Shown here: in pieces, positions 42,162 through 57,222 of the stretch
How positions within the stretch are numbered: the stretch's first letter is position 1
Layout of the letters: each line of letters begins with the position of its first letter
NCBI RefSeq assembly: GCF_009914755.1
Contig: NC_060928.1
DNA length: 64,000 nt
From: the human T2T-CHM13v2.0 reference genome, Homo sapiens
Direction: 5' to 3' (one strand)
The notes under the pieces: generated by a model
Told to the model about the DNA's origin: nothing
Databases searched by the model: none
The model's input: the letters and a program-made list of their open reading frames with translations, nothing else
Made by a program: the position numbers and the translations under genes

Positions 42162-45100
42162 ATGATCCTACATTTAGAAATATATTTGTTCCTACATTTA
42201 GAAAAATACATTTATGTCAATATGAACAAAATAATAATGTTTTATAATATTTCATGTACAGTTTTCTTTTTAGTCTAGCTAACCTTGAGTATTTACCTCC
42301 AAATTAGCTACTTAAATAACCAGTAGTCAACTACTGTAAAGCCAATATGTTTTAGTTCTTTAGTTATATACAGATTTGTGTGAGAGTATTGTAAATATAA
42401 TCTTATACATGGGTAGGCAATTGTTTAATTTTTCCAAAGCATAAAAATAATCACTAGAAGATACATCCTTTTCCCTTTCTCTGACTCTAGCCTCTGTCTC
42501 TTATAGTAAATTGTATTTTAAGACATCAGGAAAGTTTAATATATAATATATGCTTGGAAAATAAGAGGATTCTATTTCATAAATAAACAAATTCAGACTA
42601 TTAAAAGAGATCGTTAGTGGCATTCTAAAGGACTAGAAGTGTATATTCAACCGCATACTACTATAAAGGTATATCATGAGCTGTGAAAACTATGGTCACA
42701 TTTGCAAAGATTAAAAGTGGATGGGGATGCCACCATTAATAAGAAAATGGTGGAGAGATAGAAAAAGTAATCTAAGCTGTTTCAAAACCTCTCCTCTTTT
42801 TGCTTTTGTTTTTTCAAATTCACTTTACCTGAAAAAAAAAAGATCAACTAGAATATTTTATGAAAATGCTCCCTATTTTACTTATATAAAAATAACCATG
42901 AAAAGGCTTTGATATAATTACTTGGATAGATTTTTATGTGGCTTATGATGTACATTGAGTCCTGCTATAACATTAGTCATTTGCATGGTACATTAGAATT
43001 AAGTACTATTTAACACATAGGTCTGCAAAATGAAGTGGCCCCTAAAATGAAATCTATGAACAAAGAGAAAAAAGTAAAAATGAAAAAAACACTGAGTCAG
43101 CCAGGGTACAAAATTTCCATATGTCTAAGCATCCATCCCCTTGAGATAAATGCCACTAAATAAGACAGTGTTTAGGTTCTTCCTGAACAACTGTACTCCT
43201 ACAGAAGACCTCATCTGTGTTTTTCTGAAGTGAAGAGAGGGGGCAATGTTGGGCCTCCAGGTATCATCCTAACAAAATATGTGTAACATTCCCAAAAGAC
43301 TAGCCCCAATCCGACTCTAGGGTTCAGATCTATTAATACCACACAGCCCCTGTCCAAACTAAAAATAGCTTCTCCTTGGTCCCTCCTCCCCTAAGGTATT
43401 TCCTAGGTTGGAAGCTTCTCTTTCCTTTTCTCGTAGCCTCCTAAGAGGCAAGCAGAAAAAAAGTATGTGGGATGGATATGTATGTGGCAAGTGTGGAAAA
43501 GGAGATGTCTAATTATTTTTGGTTCAACTTTTCTATTAGTTAGGAAGACAAGCATAATGACCTGATGCTGTCATTTTGGCTGGTACAAAGTTATAATCTG
43601 ACTCTTGATATGTTCATGATTAAATGTAAAAACAGACTAATTTTCTAGACTCTAAGTATGGAGTTGGTTCTGTTTTCAAGGGCAGAGAAACATCTTCAGA
43701 AATAAAATCCCCAATCTTCCTCCTTCTTATATTTATTTTTTATAACACACTGTAAAGATTAGCTAATCACAAAACCACTCACAATACCTTTTACAATACC
43801 ACAAAGGTATATATTTTTAAATTATTATCACAAAGTATGCCTATGTGGAATTAAAAACCAGAATTTTTAGAACTAATACTAAATTCAGACATTTATAGAA
43901 ACATTTCATTAAACAACTGGCTCTTCAGTGGGCTCTCCTTTACCTATTTTCTCAGTTATTTAGTTCATAAAGTACACGCATGGAGACTGAACTACTGGAT
44001 TTGATTTGGTCTTTGGAGGGATTTTAGCCTCCTATTTATCATGTGCCTGTGTTAGAAATCATACTAGATATTTTAAAAATCTATGTTTAAAAGTTTACTA
44101 AGGAAAATATGGTATCAGTAGTGCCTGTGGGTGTTCAATAACTGTTAAATGAATGACAGTGTGATTGAATGGACGTTCATTAAACAAAATCTCAATTCTA
44201 TTATAATAATTTAGTTTCACTATTTTAGTTTTATTTTTGTTTTGGGAGCAGAGGTTGATGTGAGGATTAAGTATGGTAAAACATTACAAAAGTGCATGTT
44301 TAAAAACATCAAAACTATTATGAGTCAGTAACAACATCTACATATAAGAAAATGTTTAATGTTTAATATTGGAATCACACAGTAACCCATTAAATATCAA
44401 ATCTAATGTCTTCCTACTTGACAGTGATATGCAGAGCCTAATAACTTACACTTAGTCTAAATGAAAATTTATTGTGAATGATACGCAACCAAAAGTCATC
44501 ATGAAATTTCATGAAGAATATAATTATAAAATGATTCAGGGTCTATAAAGTGATGGTGAGTTTTAGCTATGATTAAGAGACACCCAGACTTCCCTTTACT
44601 CACTTGATTTAGATTCATTGAAAGGATGTTGTCGGGGGCTAACCAAGAACAACGACCAAATCATTACAATATATGTGTTTCTTCAGCTCCTTTTTATTAC
44701 ACTAAAAACATAAAGTTTACTAAATTAGGCAATTCATAGTCAAAGGCAGTCAAGCCTCGCTTGATTCCATAAGCATGGGCTTGAGAATCTCTGCATAGAG
44801 CAGGATTGCATTTATGTGCTACGATTTTCCTTCAATTGAATGTTTCTTTGTTTAGATTTTTGAATGTTCCTTTTTTGATCTTTTATATCAGTGTATCTTG
44901 ACTATATAAGGTTGCTTTTATAAGAACAGATTTGGTATGGAAATTGCTTCAGAAAAATGTTTCACTCTATTGCAAGTTCAGTGGTCTCATGTTGATTCAT
45001 AGAGTCATAAATTCAAAAGCATGATATAGAACATAATTAATTTAATACTTTAGTACTTTAATATAAAAGATGACTGGCTTGAATATGCAAAGAATTTAAC

Positions 45101-46948
45101 ATTTCTTATGTAAGATATTCAGAAAATGTTAACCTAGTTCCATTTGTTTTCAAGACTCATGACCACTCATATCAGACCAGTCTCACATTAAGACATCCAG
45201 GATACAAGAGCTGTTGAAAATTGTGGAAGTCCTGCTTAGGAGACCATGTGATACATAATTTGTAGAAAAACATTTTATCAAAAGGGAAATAGACAAGGAA
45301 ACTGACAATTTAACTTTCTCTCTCTAAATATGCTCTGAAATTCATATACAATGCAACACAATCATTTTTGGTAGGTTTGTTTAGCTGACTTAACAGTTGT
45401 CAAAAATCATAGCAGGGTAACATGACTCATAAATTATGCTATCTGTTAAAAATTGAATTCATGCCTAAAGCAATATAGTCGGTGAAGCATGTGCAAGTTT
45501 GAATAGTGCATCTCATTAATGATGAGACGATACTGTGGCCAAAAGTAGGAATTCTCTTGAGATACCAACTGAATTTTCTTTGTCATCAGCCACCCACATA
45601 ACCTCTGGTGGTTTATTACCCAGCAGAAAACAAGTCTGCAAAATGTCAGTGTCACCAAATTGTAACAATGATCTATAATTTTGATAAATAAGGTTGATAT
45701 AATGGGCTTATTGTTAAAAATCAACTAGAAGTTAATATATAAATATAATCCAGGTAAAATTATCTGATAAATAAATACCATCATTAAATAGTATTGGGAA
45801 CATGATCCATTATGATATCATCACGTTTCCGTCCCGGTTGACATTTAATTGGTGTTTGCAGATAACAGTAGCAAAAGCTTATTAAAAACTGAAAGTATTT
45901 CCACACATTGCTACAGTTGTTCCTTTTTCTTGATTTCTAGAGAATGCTCCAAAGTTTAGGAGAAGATGGAAGAATTGGGGAGTAGGAGACAGCAGCAGAG
46001 ACATCCTGGAAAGGTTGGAAAGGACTGGCTAGAGAATTGCAATCATCATGGATGACTGAGGTGGACATGCCTAAAGTTATGGAGAAAAATACTTAGAAGA
46101 ACTTTTAGAGAAGTAAATAACAGCACATGGTAATTCAGATACAGCAGAAAAGTTAATGTCTGAGAAGTTTCTCTACAGCAAGGGTACTTGACAGCAATGG
46201 TGCTAATATACATCCCATTTTTTTTTTTTTTTTTTTTTTTTGCCTATAAAGCTCCTGCCTACAGAAAGAGAATAATTCAGAAAGCAATGTAGTCTACAAT
46301 TTACCAAGAAGAATTGGCAGAGCAAAGACAGAAGCCTCACCAAAATGATGACATTATTCACATTAACACATAATGGCTCTGTGTGTTATTATCAGACAAC
46401 CTATCTCTACTGAAAGTGATGCTCATTGATAAAAACTAAATTAGTAAGCCAGCATACTAGTTTGTGTTTCAAGCAAGCTTTATAAAACTTTTATTTGGTC
46501 AAAGCTAGTATAAATGTTCTTATCCAAGTCAAAGAATTTTGGAATTACAAATAAAAATCCCTACCTTAAGTAAAAATGTTTAATTGAATTAGTTTTATTT
46601 AAATATTTATTGCTAGCAATTTTATAGGAATGATTCTCAGGCATGTACAATTGCATTAAATCACCATACCAAAGTTAGTTTTCTGTCATATTTAAACAAG
46701 TCTGCCTTTGAAAATACATATATTTCAAGAACATTCCTTGAAGTTCCACGTATTTATGGTAGGCTTTTCAAACTATAACATTAAAAAGTCTATATGTATG
46801 TATTGGTGTGCTTAATTTAATCACACCTGAACAACTCCAGCACGCAAATAAAAAACAAAACTGTTTTAAAGGTGTATTGATTAATGTTAGTTTCAGCTAT
46901 GAATACTAGAAAACTTAGATACTATAGCTTTGATAAGTTAGAAGTTTA

Positions 46949-47819
46949 AGCCCCATTAAAAAAGTAGGCAAAGGATATGAACAGACACTTTTCAAAAGAA
47001 GACATACATGCGGCCAACAAGCAAATAAAAACAACCTCAATGACCACTAGAGAAATGCAAATCAAAACCATAATGAGATATCACCTCACACCAATCAGAA
47101 TGGCTATTATTAAAAAGTCAAAAAATAACACACGCTGGCAAGGTTGTGGAGAAAAAGGAATGCTTATACACTGTTGGTGGGAGTGTAAATTAGTTCAACC
47201 AATGTGGAAAGCAGTATGGCAATTCCTCAAAGAACTAAAAGCAGAGCTACCATTCGACCCAGCCATCCCATTACTGGATATATACCCAGAGTAACAGAAA
47301 TCATCCTATCATAAAGACACATGTACGCGAATGTTCATTGCAGCACTATTCATGATAGCAAAGACATGGAGTCAACCTAAATGCCCATCAATGACAGATT
47401 GGGTAAAGAAAATGTGATACATATACACCATGGATTATTATGCAGCTATAAAAAAGAACAAGATCATGTCTTTTGTGGGAAAATGGATGGAGCTGGATGC
47501 CATTATCCTTAGCAAACTAACACAGGAACTGAAATCAAAATACTGCATGTTCTCAGTTATGAGTGGGAGCTAAATGATCAGAACTCATTAATACAAAAAA
47601 CAGAACAACAGACAGTGGGGTCTACATGAGGGTGAAGGGTAGGATGGGGAAAAAGAGCAGAAAAGATAAATATTGGGTACCAGGCTTAATACCGGAGTGA
47701 TAAAATAATCTGTACAACCAATGCCTGCGAAGCAAGTTCACCTATGTAACACAGCTTCAGATGTACCCCCAAACCTAAAATAAAAGTTTTAAATGAATAA
47801 ATAAAAAATAAAAATAAAC
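46949..47819 (+). mobile_element. 5'-truncated L1 (L1PA13-16-like)
   Basis: ORF2 C-terminus [10 protein letters not shown]…[11 protein letters not shown], 3'UTR and A-rich tail. TSD aagttagaagttta at 46935-46948 and 47820-47833. Confidence 0.93.
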
Positions 47820-50765
47820 AAGTTAGAAGTTTAGTTTCCCTCTGGATTTTCACAGTTTCAGGGCAAGCAAAACAGCCTGCAATGCCCTTTGTAGTCCTAC
47901 AAAGCTGACAAAGGAGTTCTGAAAAGTCTTCAGACACTGGGACTTGTTACACTTTTCTCTTCTGTTATTTTAGGATACAGCCCTCACAATCATACTCCAA
48001 GATGATAATCCAGCCATCACATCTATGTTCCAAACCACAGGATGGAAAAGACAAAGACCAAAGGGCAAATATGTGCACCAGCTGTTTCTGAGGGGATACT
48101 TCTAGAAACTGCACAGATCACTTCCATTTATACCCTATTGGCTAGAACCCAATCACCAGCCCTCACCTAGTAGTAAGGGAGAAGGGAAAATACAGTTTTT
48201 GTTTTGAAGGCTGCATCCCTTGATAAAATTTCTATTTCTAAGGAGGAGGCAAGAGATACTGAAGAACAACTAGGTTAGAATGACTTTTCCCATATTTCCA
48301 AGTAAGGGTTTTGCCCGTTTGATAAGACCATGATTTCCTCGCTCTAAAAATGCAGTCTCATGCAGAAATGAGAGCATCAGATTGCTGAGCTGGATAAAGA
48401 AGTTGCACAAGAAAATTTAATAAAAAAAAAAAAGATAAAATTAGCCTGACATCCTGTTTTAAACCAAAGCAGCTTAACTGGCATTTTTTGCCTGAGGGGA
48501 AGTTGGACTACAGTCAATACTGAATTACCTTTGATCTATGGAAAACTTGGCCTTCACTCAAGGCACAGATTTGACAGCTTTTAACCTAAGTTTTGAAACC
48601 ACACTCCAATATTCTATATGCAAGAGTCTTCCCCATTGGCAAATACCTTCCTTAGAGAACAGCATTAAGGTGAGCATGACAAGAGGATTTTCAAGTGCAG
48701 AGATTTGGAGGGCTGAAGCCTTGGATGTCATTCATTGATGCATTACTAAGGTTAAGGCCTAATGAGCAGACAACTGTTGAGCAATTAAATCAGCTATTTT
48801 TAGATTGTGCTACATATATCAAAGGCTGAAGTCTATCTAAGCTTTGGGATAATTATCAAAACCCATTCAACAGCTTCTCTTTCTTCCTGATAGCTACCAG
48901 GCCTTTATCGCTGATTTACACTGTCATATGCAGTTTTAAAACACCAGGGAAAATTTCCTTCCTTTTATGCAGCATATAATTTCCCACTATTCAACCCTAA
49001 GTCTGTATTCAGTTTATGGTGTTATTTCAATAAAGCTCACCAATGACTTCTATATGGTGTTCATATTCAGCAACAAGTAGCTTTAATACTTGATGACATC
49101 TCGGTAGAGACGGGGAGAAACTGTATATTTATAGTACCTTTCCTCTCGCCTTCACTTTCCGCTATGGTAACAAAGGCTGGGGTGGTTATTTTTCTCATTA
49201 TTTTCCCACTGTGACTGTGAGCAAAGTATCAGACTCTGCAACTTGAATTCAAAGACATTAAACTACTTCCTAAGTATACCCAAAGAATGTCTAATAAAAA
49301 CCAAAAGCTCCACGAATCTGGTGAGGACTGTCTAACAACACACAATCTGATGAAACTCAAAAGGGCAAATATTCAGAAAACAGAGTGGATTCTAAGTACA
49401 AACAAGCAAATGAAGTATTTTCTTGAATGATTGGAAACCATATCTATGACTTATCTCCAAGACTGGTTGGCAAAGTAAAAGAATTTTACCTACTCAAAAG
49501 CAAAATACAAATCAAAAGGTAAAAAAATCCATAAAATAGGAAAAATAACATAGACATGGTACCCAACATTACTGAAATCAAGTATACAGTTTCACCAGCA
49601 CTAACAAAACAATTCGCATCAAGAAGGGTGGGATTTGTTAGAAACATGATAAAACTTCCTACTTGTTGATATTTTACTTGGTCCCAGATGAAACATTTAT
49701 TTTCCTTTAAAGTCATGTATGCTATCTATAATCTCAGGATGCTATTGAAGTATTTATTAATAATTCAATACACTCCAGCATAAACCCTGATATACCTTAC
49801 TCTTTCCTGTTTGTTCCCCTTCTTCCCACTGTAGTATCATGTATCTTTTTACAGTATTCCCAAATATATATCATTTCTCCCTTTACCTACAAGACTTAAA
49901 AGGTATATAATGGTGACTACAATATTGCATTTCTTTTAATTGTTGCTTAACTAGATTTTACATATGAAATTATGTGCTTTTTCTCATGAATCAATACTTT
50001 TTGCCTGTTGATGAAATCAACAGCAGTGTTAAATTATTAAAATATATTGAGGCAAACTTGAAGTTGCATAATTTAACACTATTTCCATAAGAAGCCAATA
50101 TGGGCTACTGCATCATGCTTTTCAGGGACCTGAGTTTTACAGTAGTGACTGCCTGAAAACATTACGCCAGGTTAATAATGTTCAGGGCTTTTTCCTGAGG
50201 CAATTTAAAATGAGAACATTTATTTTTATTCTCCCCAATGGAGCCAGAATTACATTAGGCATACAGCTGTAACTTTTTATTCTCTTTTATCCTGACAGGT
50301 GGGGTGACAGTGGCTACTTTCCTCCCAAGTAAATCACATTTGACTATAAACTAATGAGGTGATGAAGGCTTTCTCATCAACACCTTTCTGTTACGTAGCA
50401 TCAACTTGGCGTGTCCTGATGAGCAAAAGTTAGATGGGGGAGAAAAATACACCTTGAGGAACAACCAAACAAAATATAATTTCCAATCTACACAGCCTCC
50501 TTGAAATAACAAAAGTAGTCAAATTTTCTTTCCAAAATTAAAAAAGAAGCAAAAAAGTATATAACTTCTCTAAGAAAGAAAGGCATTTCAAATACCTTAT
50601 TCAACTTTTACTTTCATTACTTATTTATTTCATTTTTAAATAGATGATGATAAAGAAGTATGCCTACTTTGAAGGACTGCTGTGAGAATCAAGTAAGATC
50701 ATACATTAAAGTTCTTTATGAAAGTTAAAGTACTATGTACACATTAAATTAATATTATTTCATTA

Positions 50766-51230
<465 letters not shown>

Positions 51231-52363
51231 TTAGTATTCATCATGAATGGCTAGAAATAATCCCACTTGTCTATCCCATTACACATAGTTTATATGGTTT
51301 CTTTTGTTTGTATTTAGGTTCCCAGGCCATGTAAAAGCTTCTCAAAATCAAGAAACATTATATATCATTTGTATATACAACTGTATATCATTGGACTGCA
51401 TGGCATGCACAAAATCAATTCTCATTCTGTCAATAAAAGCGGCTACACAACATATTTCTTTAACCATATATCTTTATTTCAGAATCCAAACAGTGTAGCA
51501 AAAATATAACTAAGCTATAAAGGATCAGCCCCTTCTTCAGCCTTGATGTGCCATGTTCTTTCTACTTGTATACTCTTGATTCGTAGCACAATAGAATATA
51601 TGTTGTTTTTAGGGTAGTAATGTCCTTCCCCTTACAAAAAGACAAACTCTTTTAGTATTACAAGTGGATCTTAATAATGGAAGGATGATTTTAAAACCAC
51701 CTGATATTATAGTGCCATTCATATAACTAAAGCTCTCACTCCAGTAATATCCCATAACTTTAGGTTGTAGAGAATCAGGCAGATTAATTCTATTTCTTCC
51801 AAACTCTACTCTTACTTTCCATGTAACTTTAATGGCCCATTTATAATATGAACTTTTCAGAGAACTAATGAGACCCTGGTGATGTTTACTTTATTTAATT
51901 CTGATTATCACATTCAATAGCACTTATAAGTCATTTCACATTTATTAGTGACTAATATATACTATGCATAGATATTTAATGTAATATGTCATAAATGTCT
52001 AACATATATTATTAGTAGCTGGATTCCCCAACTGAATTCTGTATAATGAAGTAACAAGGTGTTCCGTGGCTTATTAGTAGTTCTTTACACATAAAATATA
52101 CTCAGCTAAAGTGTGTTGGTAAAATCCATGATGCTGATAATATGTTTCTTTTTGTTTGGTTGATTTTTTCATGTATCAGTTATTTAACTATGTTACTGGT
52201 AAGAAATTTATAATACCAATTTCTAAGAATAAGCTTCGTTTTTCAGGCCAAACAGGTTGCAGGTATCCCTGGAGCTGAGGAATAGCTTTGGTTTTTGGTA
52301 AAATTTGCGGGTCCACAGCTGCCTGGTCAACCTTGCCCTGCTCTGTCATCTCATATTTCTTTC

Positions 52364-52662
<299 letters not shown>

Positions 52663-53339
52663 TTCTCATATTTCTTTCTTTGTGCCAAAGACGTCACCAT
52701 CTGTTGTCTGGGCTTCCACAGCTGTTTCTTCCTGAAGTAAGCCTCAGTAAGATGTTTTGAGATTTCCACATTGCTGATATCAATTTTTGTGGTGGTGGTG
52801 ATGACAATTTCTTCAGTGCTCTACACAGAGGAACTTGATTGAGGATCCAAGTTTCAGTCAATAACAAGCAGCAAAACACTGCTCAGCTGCTTCAGGAAAA
52901 CCACCTGTTTGCTTCGATGGCACCCAGTGAAGATGAGCAGAATGTTCCCAGGAGAGATGATGGCTCACAGTTTTCTCATATGCTGACTGGAGTGTTTTTT
53001 ACCATGGCTCAATAGCCCTAAAGGCACATCATCTACTGATGTGCCTAGGCATTTTGCAAAGTTTAACCACATGGGTACCACTATTCTGGTCACTACCAAC
53101 TGGTTTTGTAACCATAGCAAGGACCTCCTTCTCTTTCTTTTTAATCCTGGATTTATCGGCTGAGTACTTCCTTTTGCCCATGGCCTTTCTGGAATACATA
53201 GCAGATCAGGAATACCTGCGAATTCCCCTGAAAAAGGCAAGATCTCAGTTGCGGTGGGACTTTGCCTTCTTGGGCATTTTAGCCTTGAGGTCACTTTTTT
53301 CAACCTTCCCACTGCCATCAGCCTTCTTGGCTTCAGGCT

Positions 53340-53569
53340 TGTTTATAAATAAGCTATTTTCCAGATGTTCCAATAAGACTCTTGAATATCTGGGTAAAAA
53401 GGAGATTAAAGGCTGGTAGTCACAGGACAGAAGAGCAAAATATAAAGGAACATGAACTAAAATTAATGGCATGCTTCTTTTCCCTCTACTTTCACAGACT
53501 TTCATTAATGTAAATAAGAAAGTGTTTTTAGCTTCTTTTAAATAAAGATATTGGTCTATAAAAATAATT
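53340..53569 (+). repeat. 230-bp dispersed duplication, inserted copy
   Basis: Matches 56348-56577 with 4 substitutions and no indels (offset 3008). Confidence 0.97.
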
Positions 53570-54748
53570 TTCCTTAGTATCCAGCTTCTCAGTTGTTTCC
53601 ACAACCATCTTGCAAGATGGGGACGGGCCTGATAATATGCTTAAAAAACAAAAAGAAAGCTACTAATATAACCAAAACAAAAAAAACAAATACATGAAAA
53701 AATAAATCCAATCTAGTCCATTTAACTTCTATGTAAATTAAAAATAAATGTAAAAATGGCATGTGCACAATTCAGCCCCCTTGAAAATCTTATCACTAAT
53801 TTTCCTTCCCCTTAATTGATATTTTAAAGCCACATAAAGTCATTCTATTTTCAAGTCTTTCAGAAGACTACAGAATTTTGACCTTTCTACCTTGAGTATC
53901 TGTTAACCAAAAGAACAGAAGATGAAAATATTTATTGATTACATTGACTTTATTTCACTTATGGAATATACACTTAAATATTAGCTGCTATAATTCTTCT
54001 CCTATTCTCTTACTGTTACTATTTTTAGTGTCTAAGAAGCAAATTTTGCTTTATTTCTCTTTTCGTTTCCTCCATTGCCTCCATAGCCACAAATATAACA
54101 GATTAGAAAGTAGTTGATTTAGTTAAATAATCCTCAGTTAAAGGAATCCTTATGTGCAGAAAAGCCTTCAGCAAGAGATTTTATGGCCTGGAAGGCATCA
54201 GATTCCTCATTTACTTCCATATACAGCCATAAACTAACAGATCTCAGTCATGTGTTATCATACTTAAAGTTTCACTGTTGCAGGTTGATTTCTTTAGTTT
54301 ATCCATTGCCTTTCCAGGCATCCCCTAATACAGAAAACAAACTAAGGTATAACGTTATTTCTTCATACTTTGCTCAAAGAATGCCAAGTCTACCACCTTC
54401 ATGTGATCCCTAAAGCAAGTGAATTCACTCTTAACTGTCACACTGGAGATCTGTATAACACACCCAGGCCAGAGGGTAAAATATCCAACTGTCCACTGCT
54501 AGAAATGTTATGAAAAGCCAATTAAGAAAAGTAATATGTATTGAGGTTTCTTAGAAGACTTAGAATCTACATAGACTCAATTATTTTCAGGGATCAAACT
54601 GAGCCATAAGAAAGTTGCTCAACTGGGCCCTATTATTTTGTCCTCTACAGAATCACTCCCCCTTAAGTTGTGTGTTAATGTAGGCTTTGGATTTCATCAG
54701 GAAGCAATACCAAGAATAGCCTATCAGAACCAATATATGTATTTGCTA

Positions 54749-55010
<262 letters not shown>

Positions 55011-55527
55011 ATGTAGATGACTTCTTCTATGTTTGCTTTATATAAAGTCCCATTAAAACAAAACAAAACAAAAACACATTATTTTAGAATAAGTACCAGG
55101 AAAAATTTTGCTTCCCTTAAGAAATGTTATACATTTTATTCAAAGACATGGAGAACTATATAAACAATCATTTTGTCTTATTGCTTTAAGACTTAGATAA
55201 TCAAAGCCAAAATCTCAGGGCAGAAATAACACCTGCATGAAACTTTATGTGCTGAATAATATATATTCCATTTTTCTTCCATGCCATGTTGACAATCTAT
55301 TCTACTTTCTATTTTCTATGGTTTTCTTCACTGCATTAATTTTCAGTTTCCCGTCTCTGTAGAATAAAGCAAACTATATATTTTTTAACAGCAGACAAAA
55401 TAGGATTATTTATTTCTTCATGGGAATTATACAGCCAGTTGTTTTGGTTTTGTTCCTAATAAAGATTCTGCATGTGAACAAGTTAAGAAACAGAAAAATG
55501 GAAAGTGAAAGAAATGAACTTGGAGAA

Positions 55528-56082
55528 TACAGCAGGCAGCTTCCAACATGACCCCCGAAACTTCCCTTCACTTCCTAGTATTCATACCCTTACAAAATCT
55601 CCTCCACCTGAGTCTGGGTGGAACCTGTGACTTGCTTTTAACAGCATATGGCAAAGATTGTGGGATAGCATTTCTGTGATTAGGTTACATAAGATAGTGA
55701 CTTCTGCCTTTCTTACAGGCTCTTTCTCTCTTACTAGTTTGATGAGGTAAGTTGCATGTTCCCACACTGCAATGAACAAAAGGTGGTTGTGGTCTCCAGC
55801 CAATAGCCATCAAGAACTCAGGCCCTCAGTCTCACAGTCTTTGGAAAATTAAATCCTACCACAACCATGATAATAAGCTTGAAAATTAATTTGTCCCCAG
55901 TCAAGCCTTCAGATGAGACTCCAACACTGGCCAACACTTGATCACAGCTTTGTGAAAGACCCTGAACAGAGCGTTCGGTTAACCCATTCCCAGATTCCTA
56001 ACCCTCAGAAATTATGAGAATGAATTTGTGTTGCTTTTAGCCAATGAGTGGTAATTTGTTATACAGCAATAAGAAACTAATT
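55528..56082 (+). mobile_element. MLT1E/F-like MaLR LTR
   Basis: 'ctgtgattaggttacataagat', 'ccccagtcaagccttcagatgagact', 'gtggtaatttgttatacagcaata'. Confidence 0.85.
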
Positions 56083-56347
56083 GGAAAAATGCCCATATAT
56101 TTTACTTATTTCATAATTTTACTCGTGACCAGCCTTGCTTTGTGGTTATATTAACGCATTAGGAAATATGTTGGGGTGAATAAAAAGTGAATAATTTACC
56201 CTTCTCTTTTTTTTCTATCAATCCAGAAAGTATTATCAATTATTTTATCAATTTATTTTTATAAATCACAGTAATGTCACTCCTTTTCTGTTTTTTAATT
56301 CCATTTGTAAAGCTATATCTTATAGAAGATTATAATTCTTAAAATCA

Positions 56348-56577
56348 TGTTTATAAATAAGCTATTTTCCAGATGTTCCAATAAGACCCTTGAATATCTG
56401 GGTAAAAAGGAGATTAAAGGCTGGTAGTCAGAGGACAGAAGAGCAAAATATAAAGGAACATGAACTAAAATTAACGGCATGCTTCTTTTCCCTCTACTTT
56501 CACAGACTTTCATTAATGTAAATAAGAAAGTGTTTTCAGCTTCTTTTAAATAAAGATATTGGTCTATAAAAATAATT
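56348..56577 (+). repeat. 230-bp dispersed duplication, presumed donor copy
   Basis: Same sequence as 53340-53569, embedded in unique AT-rich DNA. Confidence 0.95.
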
Positions 56578-56784
56578 ATATTTCTTTGATAATTAATACA
56601 GTCTTTGAGTCCTAATATTACCACTGGAAACTCTTTTTTGCAATGCAGCATAATTGAAGCATGCATGTTGTTAAATCTGCAGGAGGTTAGTTATTTTATT
56701 ATCTAATACTGTTCATTATACATACTATACTTCTGAAAAAATGGTTATGTTGTCTGCTTCTGTAATACTTTTTCCAAAAGTTAG

Positions 56785-57222
<438 letters not shown>

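Noticed and set aside
53245-53604. 119-aa chimeric ORF (insert + RPL6 KPEAKK…) as a new gene
   Set aside because: It starts at TTG, out of frame with the RPL6 ATG. The true ATG frame stops after 26 codons inside the insert. There is no promoter evidence.
53605-53620. Perfect 16-bp palindrome ccatcttgcaagatgg
   Set aside because: It is inherited from the RPL6 5'UTR/start codon and is not a local novelty.
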